Below, piece after piece: positions 54,501 through 64,000 of a DNA stretch of 64,000 nucleotides. Positions within the stretch are counted from its first letter, which is position 1. Every line of letters begins with the position of its first letter. This DNA comes from Heptranchias perlo. Lineage: Eukaryota. The notes under the pieces were generated by a model, which ran no database searches, was not told the DNA's origin, and saw nothing but the letters and a program-made list of their open reading frames with translations. Location of the stretch: the NCBI RefSeq assembly GCF_035084215.1, contig NC_090344.1:43958001-44022000 (forward strand). Reading direction: 5' to 3'. The translations under genes and the position numbers were made by a program.

Positions 54501-57500
54501 ACTTTCAAAATACAGGCATAACAAAGCTCCAAAAATACCACTGCAGCTGCATGCCCATTAAATGCCACTTGTTCATAGTGCATGGGTGCTTCCCCATAAG
54601 GAGGGAAAGTTGGCAGGGAAATCCTATCACCCATCTCCCAGTGTCCTTAGTCCTCTCCAAGCAACTGGCTGAAGGCTATTGGCATCGGCCTACTTGTCCA
54701 GGTGGTTTTTCAAATTGGAAAAGGGTCTGGAGAGACATTGGGGAGGGGCATTATCTTTTTAAAAGACAGAGAGGGAGAAGTCCTTTGCTGGCTCATTGGT
54801 TAAGCAGTACTGAGCCAAACAGACAGGCGCATTCAATCTCTGGACAACGGCAAGGCAACAATGGGATGCTCAAGTTATCCTTAATCATCCAGGGTTGAGG
54901 AGGGAAGAAATCAGCCAGGGTTCCCGATCCTAATCGTTATCCAGTGATGCCTGGTGGAGAGTGTGCAGTTGTGGAAGTCATTTGAGGATAGGGACAGGAT
55001 TGACTATCTTACCCTCGACTTCTGTGCTTTTTTTTAATCGTTCATGGGATGTGGGCGTCGCTGGTGCGCATGTATTGCCCATCCCTAATTGCCCTTGAGA
55101 AGGTGGTGGTGAGCCGCCGCCTTGAACCGCTGCAGTCCGTGTGGTGAAGGTTCTCCCACAGCGCTGTTAGGAAGGGAGTTCCAGGATTTTGACCCAGCGA
55201 CGATGAAGGAACGGCAATATATTTCCAAGTCGGGATGGTGTGTGACTTGGAGGGGAATGTGCAGGTGGTGTTGTTCCCATGTGCCTGCTGCTCTTGTCCT
55301 TCTTGGTGGTAGAGGTTGCGGGTTTTGGAGGTGCTGTCGAAGAAGCCTTGGCGAGTTGTTGCAGTGCGTCCTGTCGATGGTACACACTGCAGCCACTGTG
55401 CGCCGGTGGTGAAGGGAATGAATGTTTAGAGAGGTGGTTGGGGTGCCAATCAAGTGGGCTGTTTTGTCCTGGATGGTGTCGAGCTTCTTGAGTGTTGTTG
55501 GAGCTGCACTCATCCAGGCAAGTGGAGAGTATTCCATCACACTCCTGACTTGTGCCTTGTAGATGATGGAAAGGCTTTGGGGAGTCAGGAGGTAAGTCAC
55601 TCGCCGCAGAATATCCAGCCTCTGACCTGCTCTTGTAGCCACAGTATTCTTCGGCTGGTCCAGTTCAGTTTCTGGTCAATGATGACCCCCAGGATGTTGA
55701 TGGTGGGGGATTTGGCAATGGTAATGCCGTTGAATGTCAAGGGGAGGTGGTTAGACACTCTCTTGTTGGAGATGTCATTGCCTGGCACTTGTCTGGCGCA
55801 AATGTTACTTGCCACTTATCATCCCAAGCCTGGATGTTGTCCAGGTCTTGCTGCATGTGGGCTCGGACTGCCTCATTATTTGAGGGGTTGCGAATGGAAC
55901 TGAACACTGTGCAATCATCAGCAAACATCCCCATTTCTGACCTTATGATGGAGGGAAGGTCATTGATGAAGCAGCTGAAGCTGGTTGGGCCTAGGACACT
56001 GCCCTGCGGAACTCGTGCAGCAATGTCCTGGTGCTGAGATGATTGGCCTCCAACAACCACTACCATCTTCCTTTGTGCTAGGTATGACTCCAGCCACTGG
56101 AGAGTTTTCCCCCTGATTCCCATTGACTTCAATTTTACTAGGGCTCCTTGCTGCCACACTCTGTCATATGCTGCCTTGATGTCAAGGACAGTCACTCTCA
56201 CCTCACCTCTGGAATTCAGCTCTTTTGTCCATGTTTGGACCAAGGCTGTAATGACGTCTGGAGCCGAGTGGTCCTGGCAGAACCAAAACTGAGCATCGGT
56301 GAGCAGGTTATTGGCCAGTGCCGCTTGATCGCACTGTCGACGACACTTTCCATCACTTTGCTGATGATTGAGAGTAGATGGATGGGGTGGTAATTGGCCG
56401 GATTGGATTTGTCCTGCTTTTTGTGGCCAGGACATACCTGGGCAATTTTCCACATTGTTGGGTAGATGCCAGTGTTGTAGCTGTGCTGGAACAGCTTGGC
56501 TTGAGGCGTGGCTCGTTCTGGAGCACAAGTCTTCAGCACTACAGCCGGGACTTTGTCGGGGCCCATCGCCAGTGCACTCAGCCATTTCTTGATCATGTGG
56601 GAGTGAATCGAATTAGCTGCAGACTGGCTTCTGTGATAGTGGGGATATCGGGAGGAGGCCGAAATGGATCCTCCACTCGGCGCTTCTGGCTGCAGATGGT
56701 TGCAAACGCTTCAGCCTTGTCTTTTGCACTCACGTGCTGGACTCCGTCATCATCGAGGCTGGGGATGTTTACAGCGCTCCTCCCGTTAGTTGTTTAATTG
56801 TCCACCACCATTCACAACTGGATGTGGCAGGACTGCAGAGCTTTGATCTGATCCGTTGGTTGTGGAATCGCTTCGCTCTGTCTATAGCATGTTGCTTCCG
56901 CTGTTTCGCATGCATGTAGTCCTGAGTTGCAGCTTCACCAGGTTGGCACCTCATTTTTAGGTACACTTGGTGCTGCTCCTGGCAAACTCTTCTACACTCC
57001 TCATTGAACCAGGGTTGATCCCCTGGCTTGTTGGTAATGGTAGAGTGAGGAATATGCCGGGCCAGGAGGTTACAGATTGTGCTGGAATACAATTCTGCTG
57101 CTGCTGATGGCCCACAGTGCCTCATGGATGCCCAGTTTTGAGCTGCTGGATCTGTTCTGAATCTATCCCATTTAGCACGGTGATAGTGCCACACAACAAG
57201 TTGAATGGTATCCTCAGTGCGAAGCCGGGACTTTGTCTCCACGAGGACTGTGCGGTGGTCACTCCTACCAATACTGTCATGGACAGATGCATCTGCGACA
57301 GGTAGATTGGTGAGGACGAGGTCAAGTAAGTTTTTCCCTCACCACCTGCCACAGGCCCAGTCTGGCAGTTATGTCGGTCAGTCGTGGTGCTACTGAGCCA
57401 CTCTTGATGGACATTGGAGTCCCCCACCCAGAGTACATTCTGTGCCCATGCTACCCTCAGTGCTTCCTCCAAGTGGTGTTCAACATGGAGGAGGACTGAT

Positions 57501-60500
57501 TCATCAGCTGAGGGAGGGCAGTAGTTGGTAATCAGCAGGAGGTTTCCTTGCCCATGTTTGACCTGATGCCATGAGATTTCATGGGGTCCAGAGTCAACGT
57601 TGAGGACTCCCAGGGCCACTCCCTCCTGACTGCATATCACTGTACCGCCACCTCTGGTGGGTCTGTCCTGCCGGTGGGACGGGACATACCCAGGGATGGT
57701 GATGGAAGCGTCTGGGATATTGGCTGAAAGGTATGATCCTGTGAGTATGGCTATGTCAGGCTGTTGGGACAGCTTTCCCAATTTTGGCACGTCCCCAGAT
57801 GTTAGTGAGGAGGACTTTGCAGGGTCGACTGGGAATGGTTTGCAGGGTCGACTGGGAGTGGTCCGTCCGGTTTGATTATTATGACTTTTTTTAGCGTGCT
57901 TTGACAACTGAGTGGCTTGCTCGGCCATTTCAGAGGGCAATTAAGAATCAGCCACATTGCTGTGGGTCTGGAGTCACATATAGGCCAGACCGGGTAAGGA
58001 CAGCAGGTTTCTTTCCCTAAAGGTCATTAGTGAACCAGATGGGTTTTGACGACAATCCGGTAGTTTGATGGCCACCATTACTGATACAAGTATTTTAATT
58101 CCAGATTTTATTTAGTTAATTGAATTTAAATTCCCCAGCTGCCGTGGCGGGATTTGAACTCATGACTCCAAATTATTAGTCCAGGCCTCTGGATTACTAG
58201 TCCAGTATCAGAACCACTATGCTACCGTACCCATCCACCATTGAAAAATTTGCTCACTTTCACTGTTACACAGAATGAATAGCCACTTAGGAGAGGTATA
58301 GCATTGCCTTCAGAAGAGAAGGGGGACGAAATAGAAAGGGAGGTCTATCTACATTTTTTAAGAAGGTTACCATAGCTCTTTCCCTTTCTTTGATCTTGCT
58401 GCACCATACAGTTTTCCCAGGTGAGCAGCAGCCTGCTCTGAGCCATCTGCCAATGCTGCTTTTGCTGACCTCTTGGAGAAACATTTCTGGGTTGGATTTT
58501 TGAATGGCATGTATTTATTTTAAACTGGTTTGATGACTGTGTGAAAATAGCGCAAGCAGGAATTCACACGGATACACTAAAAATAGCACGTAGAAAATTA
58601 AACCTTCTGTTTGCACTTTTTTTTCTCAGTCGACAGGATGGCTATGATTGGCAATTAAGCATGTTGGGCATCTCTCATGTAGACCTGTGCAACCTGTCCT
58701 GCTGGCTGCATGACTGCCTTTAAAGAACTGGATTCATATTTTTGAAATGAGCTTAATTCAATTTTCAGTTGCCAGAAATTGAGTTTCAAACAGAATATAT
58801 TCTGAAAGCAGGAAGCAGTTTAAGAAAATGAACAGAGAAGGGGCCTAACAGGGCTGGTTGTACAAATGCAGCTTGCAAGCTGGTTGGTTAGTTCTAATGC
58901 TTGATCTCAGCAGAGCTGGTAATTACCCATTCTTTGGCTACTTGGCAGCTGGAATTTTGTAGCCCTATCATACAAGCATCTGAATTTGGACATGGCAGTG
59001 TCACTGGGCATCCCTTTTCTGTTCACCTTGTCATTGTATTTTTACTGTCTTATGCTAGCCTTGATTTTTGTTGTTATTTAACAGCAACATTGTTTTAGCT
59101 GAAAAGTTTACTGCCATATACTGTACCTAGTGATGAAATGGGATTTGTGAGTTGCTGTGAGGCATTATTACACATAGCAGTCTGTTCTAAAATCCACCTG
59201 CGTGGAAAATATATCAGTTTATGAAAGCCACAAAACCCCAATCATAACAGGTTTCCCACCCACTGATAATTAGTGAGCTCAAGACGTGTCTGGCTGCCAC
59301 ATACATCAGTTGTATCTGTTCGAGGAAACCTTAATAACAGTTCTTTTAAATCAGTTACAGAGAATTATCTTTAATTGTAACGTCTTTTTCCTTTCCTGTC
59401 TTTAATTTTCTTTTTTGTTGCTGAGAGCTTGAGTTCTGGTGGCAATCTCATTGAATGAGACTGAATCTGCTGGTGTTGAAGGGCTGAACTAACATGTCCA
59501 GTTGAAACTGCACCATCCCAGGTTAATGTCTCCACTGATGCTAAATTAGTTCACTCCAGCCAACCCCCTAGGCGGTGATGTCCAAATGTGTACAACAGGA
59601 AAATGTTCCCAAAAAAAACACATTATAATTATTTCATCTGTTAGTATTTTTAAAATTCAGTTTGTTATTGTGACCCAAAGTTTTTCAAAATGAGAAAAAA
59701 AAATTGCCTTCCTCTGTTACCTTGTTGTGAACGTCGTTCTTCAGTCAGGGTTGTTGCGGGGGTGTGGAGGGAAGAGCACGTAAGCTGTTCTGAGAATACA
59801 CTATAAACCACCAGTCAAGAGAAGTGCGAGAGAGAATTTGGGTGCCTATTTCATCTTATTACTTCACACTAATGCTAAAGGTATGTCATGTAAATCCAGA
59901 GTTAGGTTTGTATTTTAACAATGGGGGATAATTTTCCAATTACGGGCCAGCGCTGAGGACTCTCAGCATCACCAGTGCATCTCGCAAAATCACAGGCCAG
60001 CTCCCTGCAATTTTTCATCCCTGATTTCAGCGGACAAAAAAAAACACCTGGGCTATGCATGGGTAATGGGCAAGGTCCATCGCTTCTTACTGGGGGATGC
60101 AACACAAAACCACTTCACCTGACACTTGGAGGTGTACTGGAAATGCACCAGAAGAAACACTGGGATCAAGATTTACTCTTGTGTCAAATATTGTTAAGAA
60201 TGGCCAGCTGTAAACAGAATGGTCAAAGCTGCCTTTTAGCAGTCTTCAGAGTTTGGAACATTTCTATTCAAACCCAACTTAATAATGTGAAGCTGAAGAT
60301 TTCCATCAATTGCTCTAGCCTTTCCATTTGATTTTCCAATCCCACACGAGTTGTATAACCTCCTACAAGAGGACTGGATGACTTGTACCCAGCTCTGAGG
60401 TTGATTGATTTTTTTTTTCTGTGCATTTGTGATTTCTATGGGTGTTCCTTGAGAAAATAAATGGTTCATTTTACACTTAACTTTGAGTTTTGTTTTTCTC

Positions 60501-61782
60501 TCTCTAATATTCCCTACCTCCCAAGATATATTGCATTCCTTTTGGTCACTGAAAGAAGTTCTAAGACAGAAGACCCAATTAAACATTTAAGCACATAAAC
60601 GCAATAGCTCTCAGCAAGAAATGTCCCACAATTTTGTACAAAACGCTTGGGCTGGCAGAAATTATCTTCAGAAGGACTGGGCAGAAAAGTACTTCTGAGA
60701 CTCCGGCTCACGAGGCTGAATGGTCTACTCCTGTTTCTATGTTCCTAGTTTCCATTGAACGTAGCTGCAAAAGAGCTCAAGCAGGGCTTATGTGGCAGAG
60801 TTCAAAGGGAGTCAAATGCTCAAAGCATTTAACCCTTTAGAGTCACTTGATGCTTAAATGTTGGGATCTTATTTTTGACATTTATTGATTTGTTTATTCC
60901 ACTAAATGGAATTAAATTCCCCCACAGCTGAAGACATAGAAAAGTATAGAACAACTTGCTGCAAATAACACGAGTCCATCACTGTAACAGTCAAAAATAT
61001 TCATTTTTCTCCACATTATTTTAAACCTGTGGGAAAGAGGAAACATTGGTCAAGGAGAATCCTGACAATGCTCACAGTTCAGTCTAGGTACATTGACCTT
61101 GTCTATGGTGAACTTTTCAAGCTTATCAATCCCATCATCCTTGCAATGTGGATTGGGAAAGGAGGACCTGAACCAACAATGCCCATTTTGTAGATTTCCC
61201 AGTCATGCAATCTATGCATTCTGAGCTGTTGTTATTTCTGTCTGGGGGAGAAAATGTACACGTTGAAAATAAAGGACTATGTTTTTACTTTGAGCTGCAC
61301 CTTTCCCTTATTTTTAAACAAGCCAGTGTTTTCATTTGGATATGGAATGCCCAAGTGATACTCTGATGTTTTGTTTAAATGGCCCCTAATAAATACATTC
61401 CAAGTGGAGAAGGTGCACGGAAGCTGTCCCAATGTTAAATTTCTTTGAATGCTGTTTTGCTTGTTTGTCTCTGCCTGCTCAGGTGGATCATTCCAACCAA
61501 GTTGGGTATATGCACCCTTTACTCTCAGGCACCTTTAAGTGTTCAGTTTTACAAAGGAAATAATAACTTTTAAAATGTTTCTTTTGTTAACAGATTAACC
61601 TGAATAAAAATGGGGAATATTGGTGGAACGCAATTCTAGAAGGCGAAGAGACTATAGACATCGAGAAGATAAACAAAGAGAGGTCGATGGCAACAGTAGA
61701 TGAGGAGGAGCATGCGGTGCTGGACAGACTAACCTTTGATTATCATCAGAAAATGCAGGGCAAACCACAGAGCCACGAAACG
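42335..61782 (+). CDS. NUDCD3: NudC domain-containing protein 3, exons 1-5; last exon lies beyond the right edge
   Basis: N-terminus YDQALLGILQHVG...FFGFLYRKTDF; CS/p23 domain SYNGAVRDNYTWSQDYTDLEVKVPV...WSLEPG...WWNAILEGE; DRLTFDYHQKMQGKPQSHE. Phases are consistent. Confidence 0.95.
44657..44985 (+). CDS. NUDCD3: NUDCD3 exon 2
   Basis: AFKKFEYYS...KHFDPS, donor GTACGT, phase 2. Confidence 0.88.
45330..46090 (+). mobile_element. CR1 3' fragment
   Basis: [24 protein letters not shown]; TRGHRFK...NFFTQRVV. Confidence 0.88.
47659..47885 (+). repeat. Degenerate LF-SINE-like element
   Basis: ACCTCTTGGTCCTGGGTTTGCATCCAGCCCAG head and TTGGCACCATCTTGGTAATCTCA...CCAAGG resemble the LF-SINE consensus as recalled. 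Confidence 0.45.
48072..48195 (+). CDS. NUDCD3: NUDCD3 exon 3
   Basis: KCEENSDSYNGAVRDNYTWSQDYTDLEVKVPV...KGRQ. Confidence 0.93.
48780..50100 (+). mobile_element. 5'-truncated copy of the same LINE family; 372-aa RT ORF (48920-50038)
   Basis: LDIKAAFDR, VPQGSVLGP, FADD, YKAQVRSVMEY; same 3'UTR as the 55-kb copy. Confidence 0.92.
51450..51593 (+). CDS. NUDCD3: NUDCD3 exon 4
   Basis: VSVDIQSNWLRV...HKINTENSMWSLEPGCCIL. Confidence 0.93.
55028..58232 (-). mobile_element. Near full-length non-LTR retrotransposon (CR1/L2-group-like; APE + RT), degenerate, with a tRNA-like 5' head
   Basis: APE motifs (PDIAILTGSYL, HRQDR..GGG, VGDSNVH), RT motifs (LDIKAAYDRV, VPQGSVLGP, FADD) and several frameshifts. 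A-rich tail at 55028-55035; A box at 58214-58224; B box at 58150-58161. Confidence 0.88.
61594..61782 (+). CDS. NUDCD3: NUDCD3 exon 5
   Basis: INLNKNGEYWWNAILEGEETIDIEKINKERSMATVDEEEHAVLDRLTFDYHQKMQGKPQSHET. Confidence 0.94.
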
Positions 61783-64000
61783 GTAAGAAAGTGATCATCG
61801 GGAGTGGGGAGAAAGTTGCTGACCCTTTTGATCCCTAAGCACCCATCTATTTATATATTATTAATAATCTTCCATATTACACATGCTTCCTGTTCACAAT
61901 CCTTAATTCCTGTAACACCTTGCATGTCAAAATTTATAATGGAAAAACCCCATAGGAACATGTCAACATTTCGGAGTCATGGTTTGTTGAGGAACTGGTG
62001 GAATCGCTCAAAATTTTGCAGGAAAAAATCTTTGTCTCCCATTTTTTGCCGAGTAACTGAAATTTATAACGTCCAAAATAAGTTTTAAACACCATCAAAA
62101 ATAGTTATTTCACAGAAGTATTATGAATTTTTTTGTGTCTTTTAACACCTTCATTAAAATTTTTCCCTTGAAGGTGTCAGCTTGTCCCAAATGCCAGGAC
62201 TTGGACTTTATATTTTTGCTCAGAATTGTGACACTACTACTTGAATGCAGTTCCTACAGTCTGAGCATCTGCAGTGTGCATCAAAAAAAAGATTAAGCTG
62301 ATAGAATTCCTTCATTTCCTCCTATGATTTCCCTGGCTTGCTGTGCAGATCACGAGAATTGCAATTGTATATTGTCAGTAAATGGGAAATGCAGGCATCA
62401 CTGCATAAAATTTGAGTGTTAGATAATCAAGTGGCCCATTGTAACGAGTCTTCGATGTAATTGTAACTCAAGCTCCACATTATGATAACATTGAGAGTGT
62501 TTTTTGAAGATAAAAATTGAAATGTTTATGTTCAAATAGATAATATACCCCCACCCCACCTTGTGATTTATTCCCCTCTTTAGGTCCTCCACATTTCATG
62601 CACCTTTACCTGTCTGGAGAAATAACCTGTCATTCGGGCTGTCACTGTATCATTTGGGGAATCCTGTATTTCATAATATAGCAGACAGGAGAATGATAAA
62701 CCTGTGGACTCTGCTAATCATTGAGGTCAAGCTCTCTGGGGGCGAAGACCGCACTGGCACGGGGTAGATTCAAATCTTTTCTTCCTGCAGCCACCCCTGT
62801 ACTGTTGGTGTTAGAAATCCCTCACAGACCGATTAACTGGTTACATATGTCTTTTATCTGTGTGTTGAAATGGTGAAACCATTGTCTGAAAACTGCATGG
62901 GCTGTCACAAAAGTGAGAGAGAAGAGATCCAAAATGAGCAAAGAAATGGGATGGGGAAGAGGGCAAAAAAGGAGAGATATCATAAGAGAAAGAGAGCAGT
63001 GAAACAAAAAGAGTGGAGGGAATACATGAGGAAAATGCAGTCCAGGGCAAAGTGAAAAATTAAAAACAAAACCTTGCTGGCAAACTTCAGATTTTTATGG
63101 AATAAATAATTTTCTATATTTTGTTCGTAGTTTTTCAATACACTGGAGTGGTTCAGAATACAGGTGCCACTACTTGTCCAGTTTGATTGCGAACTGGTAC
63201 CCCTGCAGAGATGCTCTTGAACTGCTGGGAGGTGTGCAGGAGTGGTGCCCGTTGAGTTTCCACCTCTCCCCTGCCCCCCGCCCCTCCCGCACCCCCCCCC
63301 CCCAACTCCAACAGTCGTTTCTGAAAAGTTACATCTCTTGGGTCACTCAGCTCGCCAGATGCAAATTCCTTTCAAGCAGAGAACCAGCTCGTGTGAATCA
63401 GGAATTTAAAACTCTTCAGAGAAAACTGGGGTCTTTGTCCCTCCCACACGCACTAGTTTTCTGAAGAAGACGCTTCTTAAAAAGCTACCTCTTTGACCAA
63501 GCTTTTCGTCACCTGTCCTAATGTCTCCTTGGGCTCAGTGTCAGTTTTTGTCTGATAATGCTCCTGTGAAATGCCTTTGGATGTTTTACAATGTTAAAGG
63601 TGCTATATAAATGCAAGTTGTTATTAATTCCAGTGTTAGCTTGCCTCATTTGATCATGCACTTGCTTTCCAGTCAAGAGGTTGTGGGTTCAAGCCTCACT
63701 CCAAGAATTGAATCCAAACTCTAGGATAACATTTCATTGCTGAGGGAGTGCTGCACAGTCAGAAATGTTGACCAAGGCCTATTTGCTTTTTCTTGTGGTT
63801 TAGGTACATGTGAAATATTCCATGGCACCATTTGAAGAGGAGCTGGATGTTCTCCTCATGTCTTGACCGACACCACCAATAGCAGATGAACTGGTCATTG
63901 ATTCTCTTGCTGTTTGTGGTATTTTGCTTTGGGCAAAATGATTGCTACATTTGCCTTGAACAGCAGTTACTGCACTTCTTTACAAAAAAAAAGTCATTCT

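Noticed and set aside
58140-58232. Functional tRNA gene
   Set aside because: A/B boxes are present but I cannot fold a canonical cloverleaf, and it is contiguous with retroposon sequence.
61783-64000. NUDCD3 last exon within the window
   Set aside because: No KVHEML..GWDAEGSPF-like segment found.

Overview
Eukaryotic (vertebrate) genomic DNA, most likely from a cartilaginous fish/shark, inferred from the repeat families: CR1 LINEs, DeuSINE/SacSINE-like SINEs, L2 and Penelope elements. It contains three spliced genes, which I reconstructed by hand from GT-AG junctions and phase. (1) The 5' part (exons 1-4) of an N-acetylglucosamine-6-sulfatase (GNS)-like gene on the minus strand, running off the left end. 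(2) A complete 11-coding-exon DNA polymerase mu gene (POLM, 522 aa) on the plus strand. (3) NUDCD3 exons 1-5 on the plus strand, running off the right end. The most striking non-genic structure is a young 2.7-kb Penelope-like element (PLE) insertion between the divergent GNS-like and POLM genes. It forms a near-perfect palindrome with 1323-bp arms, an 11-nt spacer and a 12-bp TSD. Each arm carries an intact RT-less GIY-YIG ORF and a minimal hammerhead-ribozyme motif. Other notable items are a Pol mu with TdT-type catalytic-region motifs, a 3.2-kb LINE with a tRNA/Pol III head and no ORF1, a 49-bp PLE micro-insertion with a TSD, nested TE insertions and a 57-bp minisatellite. Comparisons to human proteins and repeat consensi are from memory; no searches were run.
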